Shown here piece by piece: positions 1 to 10,807 of a stretch of DNA of 64,000 nt. The translations under genes were made by a program, and so were the position numbers. The DNA is taken from assembly GCA_007375595.1 (NCBI GenBank), contig VMEP01000001.1, positions 479,184-543,183 on the forward strand, given 5' to 3'. The stretch's first letter is position 1. Every line of letters starts with the position of its first letter. The stretch comes from Parcubacteria group bacterium LiPW_30 (lineage in GTDB: Bacteria > Patescibacteriota > Minisyncoccia > Phycocordibacterales > VMEP01). The notes under the pieces are model-generated. The model was not told the origin of the DNA. It saw nothing but the letters and a program-made list of their open reading frames with translations, and made no database searches.

Positions 1-495
1 TCTATGGGCACTGATGTTGCCGGGGTTAATGCAAAACTTACAGTAGAGGAAAGAGACAAGCTTTTTGAGACGGCAATGAAAGAGTACGGACTTATTTACA
101 TTGAAGATCCTTACGAAGAAAACGACTTTGCTTCTTTTGCAAAAATGAAGGCTCTTTATGGTGATAAATTAATCGTGACGGGAGATGACCTTACTGTGAC
201 AAATTCAGAATTAATGCGCACAGCAGAAAGAAATAAAAGTATTAACGGAGTCATAATAAAACCAAATCAGATTGGAAGCGTTTCAGAAGCAATGGAAGCA
301 GTACGGACGGCGAATAGTTTTGGCTGGAAAGTTATTGCATCACACAGAAGCGGTGAAACAGAAGATACCTTTATCGCGGATTTTGCTTATGCCGTTGGGG
401 CGTTTGGGTTAAAGCTCGGTGTTCCGACGCAGGCTGTTAGGCACGTAAAATATGATCGTTTGCTGGAAATAGATAAAGAAGTTTCCGGTATTTAA
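1..495 (+). CDS. eno: Enolase, C-terminal part (gene begins before the window)
   Basis: YIEDP, VTGDDLTVTN, IKPNQIGS and SHRSGETEDTFIAD enolase motifs. Confidence 0.93.
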   Translation, partial: SMGTDVAGVNAKLTVEERDKLFETAMKEYGLIYIEDPYEENDFASFAKMKALYGDKLIVTGDDLTVTNSELMRTAERNKSINGVIIKPNQIGSVSEAMEAVRTANSFGWKVIASHRSGETEDTFIADFAYAVGAFGLKLGVPTQAVRHVKYDRLLEIDKEVSGI

Positions 496-517
496 AAGTA
501 TATTATTTTAATTTTTT

Positions 518-588
518 CGGGGTATAGTATACCGGTAGTACGCGCGTTTCGGGTGCGCGAAGACTGGGTTCGATTCCCAGTACCCCGA
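518..588 (+). tRNA. tRNA-Pro(CGG), CCA not encoded
   Basis: Acceptor CGGGGTA/TACCCCG, anticodon arm CGCGT-TTCGGGT-GCGCG, T arm CTGGG-TTCGATT-CCCAG. Confidence 0.93.
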
Positions 589-593
589 TTTAT

Positions 594-1178
594 ATGCTTA
601 ATAAAATAATTAATTTTACAAAGTTATTAAATAAATTCCGCTCTGTTGAGCGGGTTGTTTTAGTTAACGAAAAAGAAAGAAATGAAAATGATGTAGAACA
701 CAGTTATTATATGGCGATGCTTGCTTGGTATATCGTAAATGTTAATAAACTAGATTTGGATATTAATTTAGTTATTAAGTACGCACTGATACATGATTTT
801 GTTGAAGTTTATGCGGGTGATACTTATATATATTCTTCTGATAAGGCTCATATAGAAAGTAAAGAAAAACGGGAAAAAGAAGCAGCAGAGAAACTGCAAA
901 AAGATTTTTCTGAGTTTGAAGATATGCACACGTTAATTGAGAAGTACGAAAAAAGAGAAGATAAAGAGAGTAGGTTTGTTTATGCTTTAGACAAAATACA
1001 ACCGATGGTAAATATTTATACCGACAATGGTCGTTCTTGGAAAGTTAATAAAGTTAAGTTACAAATGCTTGTTGATCATAAAAAAGACAAGGTTGTTGTT
1101 TCCCCAGAGGTGAAAAAGTATTTTGAGGATTTAATTGAATTATTAAAAAAGGAAGAAAAAGACTTATTTAACGCTTAA
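594..1178 (+). CDS. HD-domain phosphohydrolase (YfbR/HDDC2-like)
   Basis: ENDVEHS, ALIHD..E..AGD, ALDK motifs. Confidence 0.85.
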   Translation: MLNKIINFTKLLNKFRSVERVVLVNEKERNENDVEHSYYMAMLAWYIVNVNKLDLDINLVIKYALIHDFVEVYAGDTYIYSSDKAHIESKEKREKEAAEKLQKDFSEFEDMHTLIEKYEKREDKESRFVYALDKIQPMVNIYTDNGRSWKVNKVKLQMLVDHKKDKVVVSPEVKKYFEDLIELLKKEEKDLFNA

Positions 1179-1204
1179 TTTACACGTGTTATAATACATA
1201 AACT

Positions 1205-1933
1205 ATGTCAGTAATTATTTTTATTTTATTCACACTTATTTCATCGTTTCTTGGCGGTTTAATTGCCTTTAAGTATCGTGATCATTTGCACATAGTTTTG
1301 GGCTTTACCGCAGGCATCCTTCTTTCTGTTGTTGCTTTTGACTTGATGCCAGAGATTATGGATATGACAGCAGAACTTGCCATTGACCCGCTAGTACCAA
1401 TGGTTGCGCTTATTGCTGGATTTTTCATTTTTCACATACTTGAAAAAGCAGTTTTGGTACACCACGCAAACGAAGACCAATACGGCCCGCATACCCACCC
1501 AACGGTTGGGATTGTTTCTGCTTTGGCGCTTGCCGCACATTCATTTTTGGACGGTGTTGGTATTGGTTTAGGATTTCAGGTCTCACCAGCTTTAGGGATG
1601 CTCGTTTCTTTGGGGGTGATTTCCCACGCATTCTCTGACGGGTTAAACACAGTGACCCTTATGCTTCAGCATAAAAACCCAACAAAGAAAGTTTTTATAT
1701 TTTTAGGAATTGTGGCATTTGCCCCCGTTTTAGGAGGACTTTCAACTTTGTTCTTTACGGTTCCGGCAGAAATTTTACTTATCTATCTAGGATTTTTTGC
1801 TGGATTTTTCCTTTATATTGGAGCATCAGAGGTTTTACCAGAAGCACATAGCCAAAGACCGTCTGGAAGCGCAGTGTTAGCAACAATTGCTGGTGTTGTT
1901 CTAATGTTTACTGCGACATTGCTCGCACACTAA
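1205..1933 (+). CDS. ZIP-family metal transporter
   Basis: Multi-TM, His-rich loop, HSFLDG and LPEAH motifs. Confidence 0.85.
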   Translation: MSVIIFILFTLISSFLGGLIAFKYRDHLHIVLGFTAGILLSVVAFDLMPEIMDMTAELAIDPLVPMVALIAGFFIFHILEKAVLVHHANEDQYGPHTHPTVGIVSALALAAHSFLDGVGIGLGFQVSPALGMLVSLGVISHAFSDGLNTVTLMLQHKNPTKKVFIFLGIVAFAPVLGGLSTLFFTVPAEILLIYLGFFAGFFLYIGASEVLPEAHSQRPSGSAVLATIAGVVLMFTATLLAH

Positions 1934-1940
1934 GGTTATT

Positions 1941-2759
1941 ATGGAAACAAAAAAACTAAATATATTTGTAACGATTGCGATGTTGGTTTTTGTTTTCGTT
2001 CCAGTTTTTTCTTTTGCAGAAGATACTATGGTTAAAAATGCCGGTTTTGCTCCTGGCAATATTTGGTTTTCGCAAAATGATTTTACTCCAGGGAGTACGG
2101 TTAAGGTTTACACAATTCTTTGGAATGGAGGAAAAGATACGATTACCGGTGAAGTTGTCTTTTATGATAATGCTTCGGTTGTGGGGAAGGTCGCCTTTTC
2201 ACTATCTTCTTTAGGAACAAAAATCGCGTCAGCGGATTGGAAGGTAACTGACGGATATCATAAAGTTTATGCTGTTGTTGGAACTTCGAAAATAGGAACC
2301 AGTGGAGCAACCCTTGAATATGCAAAAACAGACGAGAGTGAACATTTTATTGGCGCGCCAATAAAATCAACTAGTCCAACTACTACCGCGCAACAAATTG
2401 TTAATGAGAAAGTTAATTTTGCAAAAGAATACGCCGTAGAAAATTTACCAACGCCAATTACTGAAACCACGCAGTCATTTTTTGGTAAGGTTGAACCAAT
2501 GAGAACTAGTGTAAAAACATGGACCGATAGCACTTCTGCTAACGTTCGCAAAGACATAGAAAATTTAGATGAGAAGATAAAAAATAATGAAGGAAAGACC
2601 GATGTTTGGTCTATGGTCAAAAAACCACTAGATTACGTTTATATTTTCGGCTTAACAATAATCGGATTAGTTCTTGGTAACTCAATTATTTTTTATACAG
2701 TCTCTTTTGTTTTAGTGTTTTTATTTTTACGTTTTATTAAAAGGAGATTTATTTTTTGA
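1941..2759 (+). CDS. Secreted, membrane-anchored protein with Ig/CARDB-like N-terminal domain
   Basis: Signal peptide (VFSFA), beta-rich domain, C-terminal TM helix. Confidence 0.6.
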   Translation: METKKLNIFVTIAMLVFVFVPVFSFAEDTMVKNAGFAPGNIWFSQNDFTPGSTVKVYTILWNGGKDTITGEVVFYDNASVVGKVAFSLSSLGTKIASADWKVTDGYHKVYAVVGTSKIGTSGATLEYAKTDESEHFIGAPIKSTSPTTTAQQIVNEKVNFAKEYAVENLPTPITETTQSFFGKVEPMRTSVKTWTDSTSANVRKDIENLDEKIKNNEGKTDVWSMVKKPLDYVYIFGLTIIGLVLGNSIIFYTVSFVLVFLFLRFIKRRFIF

Positions 2760-2799
2760 CCTAATTGAAAAATTTTGGCAGAGTGCATGGGTTAAACAA

Positions 2800-3996
2800 A
2801 TGAAACCAGTTAAATTTACTATTGATAAGAAAATATCAGGGGGCCTAGGTAGGGCTGGAACTATTATTACCCCTCATGGAGCACTTGAAACTCCGGTTTT
2901 TATTGTGGTCGGGACTAAAGGGAGTGTGAAGTCTCTTACCACTGAGCAAGTGTTAGGGCTAGGCGGGCAATCAGTTTTAGCGAATACATATCATCTTTAT
3001 CTTGAGCCGGGAGATGAACTTGTAAAAAATTCTGGTGGTTTAGGAAAATTTATGAATTGGGAAGGACCCACTTTTACAGACTCTGGCGGTTTTCAAGTTT
3101 TCTCTCTTGGTGCTGCTATGGGGAAAAGTGTTGGCAAAATCGCTACTGGAGAAGAAATCGCGGAATATACCGATGAGGGAAATTTTGGGGGTAAGCTCGC
3201 GCAAATAGACGAAGAAGGCGTAACATTCAGGTCTTTTATGAACGGTAGCGAACATCGTTTTACCCCAGAGCGTTCTATGGAGATACAGCAAAATTTGGGA
3301 GCCGATATTATTTTTGCTTTTGATGAGTGTACTTCACCGATGGCGCCTAAGGAATATCAAATGCAGGCTATGGAGAGAACACACCGCTGGGCAAAAAGAT
3401 GTTTGGAGTCGCACAGTAAAATTGATCAAGCATTGTTTGGGGTAATCCAAGGTGGTCGCTTTGAAGATTTAAGAAAAGAAAGCGCTAAAGTTCTCGCAGG
3501 TCTTGAGGTTAATGGTAAAACTTTTGACGGTTTTGGTATTGGTGGATCATTCGTCAAAGAGGATATGGCAACGGCCGTAAGATGGGTTAATGAAATTTTA
3601 CCAGAAGATAAGCCAAGACATTTACTTGGGGTGGGGGAACCAGAAGATTTGTTTCTAGGAGTAGAAAATGGATGTGATACGTTTGATTGTGTCGCCCCGA
3701 CACGTCAAGGTAGGAATGGTAATTTTTATACAAACGAAGGAAGGATAATAATACAAAACTCGAAATTCAGAGAAGATTTGAGCCCTGTTGAAAAAGATTG
3801 CGGTTGCTATGCCTGTAAAAATTTTAGTAAGGCCTACATAGCACATCTTTTTAGGGCTAAGGAAATGCTCGGTCCAACATTAGGTTCAATCCATAATCTT
3901 TACTTCATAGTTAATTTGGTAAAGAAAATTAGACAGTCAATTTTGGATGGCAATTTTCCACAGTTTAAAGAAGAATTTTTAGGGAAATATCGTTAG
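2800..3996 (+). CDS. tgt: tRNA-guanine transglycosylase
   Basis: NTYHL, TDSGGFQVFSL, FDEC, DTFDCV, CxCxxC...H zinc site. Confidence 0.96.
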   Translation: MKPVKFTIDKKISGGLGRAGTIITPHGALETPVFIVVGTKGSVKSLTTEQVLGLGGQSVLANTYHLYLEPGDELVKNSGGLGKFMNWEGPTFTDSGGFQVFSLGAAMGKSVGKIATGEEIAEYTDEGNFGGKLAQIDEEGVTFRSFMNGSEHRFTPERSMEIQQNLGADIIFAFDECTSPMAPKEYQMQAMERTHRWAKRCLESHSKIDQALFGVIQGGRFEDLRKESAKVLAGLEVNGKTFDGFGIGGSFVKEDMATAVRWVNEILPEDKPRHLLGVGEPEDLFLGVENGCDTFDCVAPTRQGRNGNFYTNEGRIIIQNSKFREDLSPVEKDCGCYACKNFSKAYIAHLFRAKEMLGPTLGSIHNLYFIVNLVKKIRQSILDGNFPQFKEEFLGKYR

Positions 3997-4063
3997 TTGA
4001 CGCAGACATATTTTTGTTGTATCTTCTTTGGAAGAGCACTTTAACGAACAGGGGAGAGCTAAT

Positions 4064-4417
4064 ATGTCACGGGCAGGTTTCACTTGGTGGTTTACACTTG
4101 TTTTTCAGAGCATAGTTCATTTCGTCGTCGTAATGATTTCCGTTTTTTCGGCGCACGGTGACGGAATAAAACTGATGTATATTTACGTATTTCTCTCTAT
4201 TGTTTTCTGTAACCCAACAAAGGTTATGCCACTTCGGTCCTTTCCGGCGCTGGCAGTTCTTGTTTTCTTTGGTGGAGGGGTGGCTTTGATGTTAATGACA
4301 GGGTCCATCTTTTCCTTCCTTGTCACACACGTTGCCTACCTTCTAGTTGGATACAACCTGTTTGCGATGAAGGGGTGTAGTTTTCAGAAAGCGATTACAC
4401 CATGGGTACGAGAGTGA
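4064..4417 (+). CDS. Hypothetical membrane protein (accessory)
   Basis: Hydrophobic ORF; GGGGAG upstream of ATG 4064; hairpin terminator follows. Confidence 0.55.
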   Translation: MSRAGFTWWFTLVFQSIVHFVVVMISVFSAHGDGIKLMYIYVFLSIVFCNPTKVMPLRSFPALAVLVFFGGGVALMLMTGSIFSFLVTHVAYLLVGYNLFAMKGCSFQKAITPWVRE

Positions 4418-4450
4418 AAATAGCCTATGGCCTTGGCTCATTGCCGGTCT

Positions 4451-4486
4451 GCCGTCGAAAATAAAATATCGACGGCTTTCCTTTTT
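4451..4486 (+). terminator. Intrinsic terminator
   Basis: GCCGTCGA...TCGACGGC followed by a T-rich tract. Confidence 0.6.
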
Positions 4487-4515
4487 GTCTCACTACAGTA
4501 TTATTCATTTTACAT

Positions 4516-6591
4516 ATGTCAGTTTTTAAACTATCAAAACACTTTACCCCAGCCGGAGATCAGCCGAAGGCTGTCTCTGCGCTTACAAAGGGCCTCAAAA
4601 AAGGTTTTAAGAAGCAAACCCTGCTTGGTGTGACTGGTTCCGGAAAAACCTTCACCATGGCAAACATAATCGCAAACGAGGGTAAGCCAACTCTTGTGAT
4701 TGCTCATAACAAAACCCTTGCTGCTCAGTTGGCGCAAGAGTATAAAGAGTTTTTTCCAGAGAATGCGGTACATTATTTTGTTTCCTATTATGACTACTAT
4801 CAACCGGAGGCTTATATGCCTGTGACAGACACCTATATTGAAAAAGATGCTCAGATTAATGAAGAAATAGATCGATTAAGACACGCTTCCACTCAGGCGC
4901 TAATGTCGCGTCGTGATGTGGTAATTGTTGCTTCTGTCTCATGTATTTATGGTTTGGGTAGCCCAGAAGAATATCGTAAGGAGAACTTTGAAATTAAGGT
5001 TGGAGATTCTACTGACCGCCAAGAATTAATTAAGCGTCTTATAAGCATCCATTTTGAAAGAACGAATGCAGACATAAATCCTGGAGAATTTAGGAGTATT
5101 GGTTCGCGGGTTGAAATAATGCCAGTCTCCGAGCGATATGTTTTGAATGTTGATATTAATGATGGAAAAATATCAAATATTATTGTTGTTGATCCAGTAT
5201 CACAAAAAATTATTGGTGAAGAAAAAAGTGTTTTTCTTTTTCCAGCAAAACATTTTCTTACAGAAAAATCACAGCGTGAACGGGCAATAAAAATTATAAA
5301 AAAAGAATTAGCTGATACTTTAAAAAAATTTGAAAAAGAAGGAAAGTTGCTTGAAGCAGACAGATTAAAGCGCCGAACCAATTATGACATGGCAATGATT
5401 CGTGAGGTTGGATATTGTTCTGGAATTGAGAACTATTCAAGACCACTTTCTGGAAGACCTGCGGGGGCGGCGCCAGATACATTGCTTTCTTATTTCCCAA
5501 AAACAAAAGACGGGAAACCAGATTTTTTGACTATCATAGATGAGTCCCATGTGACATTGCCACAATTGCGTGGAATGCAGGCGGGGGATTTTTCTCGAAA
5601 GAAAACACTTGTTGAGCACGGGTTTCGTTTACCATCTGCCGTTGATAATCGTCCTTTAAATTTTAAGGAGTTTGAAGAACGTATCGGAGAAGTGATTTAT
5701 ACGTCAGCAACACCAAGTGAGCTCGAGATGACGACAAGTGAACAAATCGTTGAACAAATCATTCGCCCGACTGGGTTGGTTGATCCTGAAATTACAATAA
5801 GACCAATTTCTGCAAAAGGCGTATATGGAGCTAAATCATCCGCCGAGGGGGCGGATGATCGCCCGACCCATTCGCAGAATGGGTATAGGGGTCAAATTGA
5901 AGATTTCATGACTGAAACAAAGAAGGTGACTGCAAAAGGAGAGCGTTCTATTGCAACAACTTTAACCAAAAAAATGGCAGAAGAATTAAGTACATATTTA
6001 AAAGATCAAGGAATTAAAGCGGAGTATTTACATAGCGACATTAAGACAATAGACCGAATTAAAATATTATCGGAATTTCGTCGTGGAACTTTTGACTGTT
6101 TGGTTGGGGTCAACTTACTCCGTGAGGGTTTGGATTTACCAGAAGTTTCCTTCATTGGTATTTTAGATGCAGACAAAGAAGGCTTTTTACGTTCGGCTGT
6201 TTCTTTGATTCAAACTATCGGACGCGCTGCTAGAAATTCTGCTGGGCGAGTAACTCTTTATGCTGACATAGAAACTGATTCAATGAAGAAAGCTATTGGG
6301 GAAACAAATCGTCGTAGAGTTATTCAAATTGCCTATAATAAAGAACATGGCATTACTCCAACAACGATAAAAAAGAAAATTCACGACATTGCTGAACACT
6401 TGGAAAGTAATCACGATAAGTCTGTTAGATTTAACTTAAGTATAGATGAACAAATTTTTCAAAAAAATCCCAAGAAGCTTATTAAACTAAAAGAAAAAGA
6501 AATGAGTATCGCAGTGAAAGAGTTAGACTTCGAGTCGGCAGCGATATTGCGTGATGAAATATTAGCGCTTAAAAATAAGCTCGGGGAATAA
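4516..6591 (+). CDS. uvrB: Excinuclease ABC subunit B
   Basis: GVTGSGKT, YYDYYQPEAY, DESH, REGLDLPEV, QTIGRAAR, C-terminal UVR coil. Confidence 0.98.
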   Translation: MSVFKLSKHFTPAGDQPKAVSALTKGLKKGFKKQTLLGVTGSGKTFTMANIIANEGKPTLVIAHNKTLAAQLAQEYKEFFPENAVHYFVSYYDYYQPEAYMPVTDTYIEKDAQINEEIDRLRHASTQALMSRRDVVIVASVSCIYGLGSPEEYRKENFEIKVGDSTDRQELIKRLISIHFERTNADINPGEFRSIGSRVEIMPVSERYVLNVDINDGKISNIIVVDPVSQKIIGEEKSVFLFPAKHFLTEKSQRERAIKIIKKELADTLKKFEKEGKLLEADRLKRRTNYDMAMIREVGYCSGIENYSRPLSGRPAGAAPDTLLSYFPKTKDGKPDFLTIIDESHVTLPQLRGMQAGDFSRKKTLVEHGFRLPSAVDNRPLNFKEFEERIGEVIYTSATPSELEMTTSEQIVEQIIRPTGLVDPEITIRPISAKGVYGAKSSAEGADDRPTHSQNGYRGQIEDFMTETKKVTAKGERSIATTLTKKMAEELSTYLKDQGIKAEYLHSDIKTIDRIKILSEFRRGTFDCLVGVNLLREGLDLPEVSFIGILDADKEGFLRSAVSLIQTIGRAARNSAGRVTLYADIETDSMKKAIGETNRRRVIQIAYNKEHGITPTTIKKKIHDIAEHLESNHDKSVRFNLSIDEQIFQKNPKKLIKLKEKEMSIAVKELDFESAAILRDEILALKNKLGE

Positions 6592-6656
6592 TAAGTAAGA
6601 ATTGCAAAGAAATTTATACTGATGTATAAGTAAGAAATTAGTTCTTTTACTTACTT

Positions 6657-6721
6657 GTTTACCACAGCTGGAAGCGCCTCTATCTACTAAATAGTTCTAG
6701 TCATTTCCAGCTGTGGTAAAC
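6657..6721 (+). repeat. 17-bp inverted repeat in the leader of the 6771 gene
   Basis: GTTTACCACAGCTGGAA ... TTCCAGCTGTGGTAAAC. Confidence 0.75.
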
Positions 6722-6770
6722 TTTCACAACGAAAGAACCCTCCAGCATTAATTACACGAAAGGAACAGCC

Positions 6771-7448
6771 ATGGATTCTCATGGAACACCCTCTTGTACC
6801 AACGGGCAATTTGCTACTTTGGCGAGCCGTATTGTCACTGCTTTGCCGAAGGCGATAAAACTGACAGGTCTTGATCCGAAAGTTATCCTCAACCACACAA
6901 GCCAGGGGGAGCGTCTCTCTCTCGCTGTCGCCGAAGCAATCAACATGTTGTACAACGGAAGCGCTAAAACGATTCCGGTGGATGCGGATTTCATTTACGT
7001 TACGGAAGTAACGGTTCCGGCGATAACGAAACGCATGGACCCGAAGGAGTTTTTCAAAAATTCTGCCGGCTGTGATTTCCGGATATTGCCGTCTGTTAGC
7101 GCAATTGATTCGGCGCCGGAGGCCAGTTTTGAGGTTTTTCGTCTCATGCGCAATGTTCACGAGTCAGACATTGTTGAAAAACTCAAGGACTACGATCTTG
7201 CCGAGTGGTACCACTTTGCGGTCCTTGTTGAGAATCAGGTTGACGGGAACGATGGACCGCTTACCATAAACGGGAGAGCAAACATCTTCCACGTTCGAGG
7301 TGGTAGTGATGAAGTTTTCATCTTTGGCGCCCACTGGAAGCCAGCTGGTTTTGACGAGTGGGAAACAAACGAATACCTCCCCGAAGAGGTGTCCCTGGCG
7401 GGCAGGTGGCGTGCTGGTAGCCTCGTTTTTCTCCGGCTTCGACCGTAG
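6771..7448 (+). CDS. Hypothetical protein (accessory, more GC-rich than flanks)
   Basis: 225-aa ORF, AAGGAA SD, own terminator. Confidence 0.7.
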   Translation: MDSHGTPSCTNGQFATLASRIVTALPKAIKLTGLDPKVILNHTSQGERLSLAVAEAINMLYNGSAKTIPVDADFIYVTEVTVPAITKRMDPKEFFKNSAGCDFRILPSVSAIDSAPEASFEVFRLMRNVHESDIVEKLKDYDLAEWYHFAVLVENQVDGNDGPLTINGRANIFHVRGGSDEVFIFGAHWKPAGFDEWETNEYLPEEVSLAGRWRAGSLVFLRLRP

Positions 7449-7471
7449 CTCTCTCTCGTTGTTGCAATGCC

Positions 7472-7499
7472 AAAGCCCCTTCTCGGGGCTTTGTTTTTT
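7472..7499 (+). terminator. Intrinsic terminator
   Basis: AAAGCCCC-TTCTC-GGGGCTTT followed by GTTTTTT. Confidence 0.8.
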
Positions 7500-7570
7500 A
7501 CATCTTATTCATATATAGTTCACTCATATATACCCCTATGAATGGTCGCGGGGTAGTTTTTAGCGTCATT

Positions 7571-10171
7571 ATGAAAAAACCTGAACATAAAGAAATAGAT
7601 AAAATAATCGTCAAAGGGGCGAGAACTCATAATCTTAAAAATGTTACTGTTGAAATGCCACGTAATAAGATGGTTGTTTTTACTGGGTTATCTGGTTCAG
7701 GTAAATCATCTCTTGCTTTTGATACTATTTTTGCTGAAGGGCAACGTCGTTATGTTGAGTCTCTTTCTGCTTATGCTCGACAATTTTTACATCAAATGCA
7801 AAAGCCGGATGTTGATGAGATAATCGGACTTTCACCTGCAATTTCAATTGACCAAAAATCTCGCTCAAACAATCCTCGTTCAACAGTCGCGACTATTACT
7901 GAAATATACGATTACCTCCGTGTTCTTTATGCGCGTATTGGTAAACCATATTGTTTAGTTTGCGGAGAAAAAATTGAAAAACTTACAACCGAGGAGATTG
8001 TAAGTTTTGTTGTTGAGAAAATAGAAACAGCCACTCATTTTAAAGAGAAAAAAGTTTTAGGTGTTAAATATAGTGATGCAACAGTGCAGATTTTTTCTCC
8101 ACTTGTACGCGGGCGAAAAGGGGAATATTACCAAATGCTTTACGACCTTCTTTCTCGTGGTTATACAAAAGTGCGTGTGGACGGAGAATTAAAAAATCTT
8201 CGTGAGAGAATCGCTCTTTCAAAAACAAAAAAACATACGATTGAGGTTCTCGTTGATGAAATTGGTGTAGTTGAATTTAAAGATAATCAAAAACAAGCAG
8301 AGACAAGACTTGCTGAAGCGATAGAGCGCGCAGTTCTAGAATCAGAGGGATTGGTTTCGGGAGTGGTTTCAGGTGAAGAGTTTATTATGTCGGCTAGATT
8401 TTCTTGCCCTAAAGATGGATTTTCTTATCCAGAAATTGAACCGAGATTATTTTCGTTTAATTCGCCATACGGGGCTTGCCCGAAGTGTAATGGTTTAGGC
8501 ACTAAACATTTGTTTGGAGATGAGCCGTGTGATACGTGTGCTGGCGCGCGCTTGAGGCCAGAGGCTTTGAATGTGTACATAGGAGGACCAAAAGGGGTCG
8601 GCAAGAACATAGTTGATTTTACTGATCTATCAATTTTAAAGGCGAATGATTTCGTTAAAGGATTAAAGCTTACAGCTAAAGAAAAAAATATTGCTAGTGT
8701 TGTTTTTAAAGAAATTGAAGCAAGGCTTACTTTCATGCTCGACGTTGGTCTTGATTACCTAACACTCAATCGTCGCGCTAATACGCTTTCTGGTGGTGAA
8801 GCGCAGCGTATTAGGCTTGCCTCACAGCTTGGTTCTCGTTTGGTAGGGGCGTTATATGTTCTTGATGAACCAACAATTGGGCTTCATCAACGCGACAATG
8901 ATCGTTTAATAAAAACACTTCAAGATTTGCGTAATATGGGCAACACAATAATTGTTGTTGAACATGACGAAGATACAATTTTTTCAGCAGATTATCTTGT
9001 TGACATTGGTCCAGGTGCTGGAATTCACGGAGGGAATATTGTTGTCGCTGGTGATCTAGAAGAATTGTTAACCGCCAAGAAAAATGATTCCAAATCTTTA
9101 ACGCTCGCGTATCTTCGTGGAGAGGTAAAAATTGAGGTGCCAGAGGGAAGGCGAGACAAAGACAAAGGAACTCTTCGAATTGCTGGAGGGAAAGTTTTTA
9201 ATATAAAGAATCTTAATGTTGACGTTCCGCTCGGCAGACTTTCTATCGTGACAGGGGTATCTGGTTCTGGAAAATCGTCTTTCCTTTATGAAATTTTATA
9301 TCGCAATTTACAAGCGCGACTTGAGCGCCGTTATCGAAGTAATAAAATCTATAACTGCTCTGGTTTTACTGGAACAGAATACCTTTCGCGCGTGATAATG
9401 ATTAATCAATCTCCAATCGGGAGAACACCAAGGTCAAACCCAGCCACTTATACTGGCTCATTTACGTTTATTCGCGAATTATTCGCTTCGACAGAAGAGG
9501 CACGTACACGAGGGTGGAAGGCCAATAGATTTTCTTTTAATGTGAAAGGTGGACGTTGTGAGGCATGCCAAGGAAACGGAGAAATCGCCGTAGAAATGCA
9601 CTTTTTACCTACAGTTTATGTAACTTGTGATATTTGTAATGGTAAAAGATTTGACAAAGAAACTCTCCATGTTAAATACAAAAAGAAAAATATCCACGAT
9701 ATTTTAAAAATGACGGTTGAGGAAGCACTTACATTTTTTGAAGATATTCCAGCAATTTACGACAGAATAAAAACACTCTCTGATGTTGGGTTGGGTTATT
9801 TGGAACTCGGACAATCAGCAACAACTCTTTCTGGCGGGGAAGCACAGCGTGTAAAAATATCGTCTGAACTTTATCGTCCACATGTTGAAAAAACGATTTA
9901 CCTCTTAGATGAACCGACAGTTGGCTTGCATTACGAAGATGTTCGTAAGCTTATAGAAATTTTGCAAAAACTTGTTGATAAGGGTAATACAGTTGTCGTG
10001 ATTGAACACAATATGGATGTTATAAAAAGCGCTGATTATGTTTTAGATTTTGGACCCGAAGGAGGAGATGGTGGTGGTAATCTTGTTGCTAAAGGGACAC
10101 CGGAAGATATCGCAAATAGTACGAAATCTCATACTGGGAAATATTTGAAAAAAGTTTTACGTAAAAATTAA
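7571..10171 (+). CDS. uvrA: Excinuclease ABC subunit A
   Basis: Two Walker A motifs ([16 protein letters not shown]), two LSGGEAQR signatures, zinc fingers; ATG 7571 preferred over 7538. Confidence 0.98.
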   Translation: MKKPEHKEIDKIIVKGARTHNLKNVTVEMPRNKMVVFTGLSGSGKSSLAFDTIFAEGQRRYVESLSAYARQFLHQMQKPDVDEIIGLSPAISIDQKSRSNNPRSTVATITEIYDYLRVLYARIGKPYCLVCGEKIEKLTTEEIVSFVVEKIETATHFKEKKVLGVKYSDATVQIFSPLVRGRKGEYYQMLYDLLSRGYTKVRVDGELKNLRERIALSKTKKHTIEVLVDEIGVVEFKDNQKQAETRLAEAIERAVLESEGLVSGVVSGEEFIMSARFSCPKDGFSYPEIEPRLFSFNSPYGACPKCNGLGTKHLFGDEPCDTCAGARLRPEALNVYIGGPKGVGKNIVDFTDLSILKANDFVKGLKLTAKEKNIASVVFKEIEARLTFMLDVGLDYLTLNRRANTLSGGEAQRIRLASQLGSRLVGALYVLDEPTIGLHQRDNDRLIKTLQDLRNMGNTIIVVEHDEDTIFSADYLVDIGPGAGIHGGNIVVAGDLEELLTAKKNDSKSLTLAYLRGEVKIEVPEGRRDKDKGTLRIAGGKVFNIKNLNVDVPLGRLSIVTGVSGSGKSSFLYEILYRNLQARLERRYRSNKIYNCSGFTGTEYLSRVIMINQSPIGRTPRSNPATYTGSFTFIRELFASTEEARTRGWKANRFSFNVKGGRCEACQGNGEIAVEMHFLPTVYVTCDICNGKRFDKETLHVKYKKKNIHDILKMTVEEALTFFEDIPAIYDRIKTLSDVGLGYLELGQSATTLSGGEAQRVKISSELYRPHVEKTIYLLDEPTVGLHYEDVRKLIEILQKLVDKGNTVVVIEHNMDVIKSADYVLDFGPEGGDGGGNLVAKGTPEDIANSTKSHTGKYLKKVLRKN

Positions 10172-10198
10172 TTTTGGAGGTTAAACCTCCAAAATTAA
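10168..10198. repeat. Near-perfect palindrome overlapping the uvrA stop
   Basis: TTAATTTTGGAGGTT-A-AACCTCCAAAATTAA. Confidence 0.8.
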
Positions 10199-10226
10199 TA
10201 AACTTATGTTGATAAAAAATAAATGC

Positions 10227-10254
10227 AAAAGGGCGACGCAATAAGCGTCGCCCT
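10227..10254 (-). terminator. Intrinsic terminator of the 10280 gene
   Basis: GGGCGACGC/GCGTCGCCC stem, A-run on + strand gives a U tract on - strand. Confidence 0.75.
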
Positions 10255-10279
10255 AGTATTTTGCCGAAGGTGCTTTACC

Positions 10280-10675
10280 TTAGGCTGCTTGTTTCTTCTC
10301 GTCGGGAATTGCTTTGTGTATGAACGGGTTTATGACCCGACACCACTCTTCCCAGAGCTCTCTCGTGGCTTTCACGTGAGTTGACTCATATTGCCCCCAT
10401 ATTTCCCCCATGGTTACCCAGAAGTGTTCGCTTCTGATGATACACTCGTCTCCGAACAACTTTCTGATTTGATCGTTGTTTTCTGCCGAGACGAAGATCG
10501 AACCGCTTTCTCCAGAGAAATAAATCTCGATACTTTCCCTGGTGATTTTTATTGCGCTGATCTCCGCCTCAACAAAGAGGGAAGCGAGCTTGTGTAGCTC
10601 GTGACAACTGTTTTCGGCCATTTCGGCCATGAATGACGCGATTATCTCCCTACCGCGGAAATCCATTTTTTTCAT
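10280..10675 (-). CDS. Hypothetical protein (accessory)
   Basis: ORF with ATG at 10675, own terminator, more GC-rich than flanks. Confidence 0.6.
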   Translation of the reverse strand: MKKMDFRGREIIASFMAEMAENSCHELHKLASLFVEAEISAIKITRESIEIYFSGESGSIFVSAENNDQIRKLFGDECIIRSEHFWVTMGEIWGQYESTHVKATRELWEEWCRVINPFIHKAIPDEKKQAA

Positions 10676-10807
10676 TAGGAGCCCTTTCACTAGAAACAAA
10701 AACGACGCTCAGTTGAGCGTTTCCGTTTAATACTATACTATACAAATTACAAAATTGCAACCCTGTGTTGAGTCAGCTTGGTACGGGATAGGGTTCGCTA
10801 AAAATTT

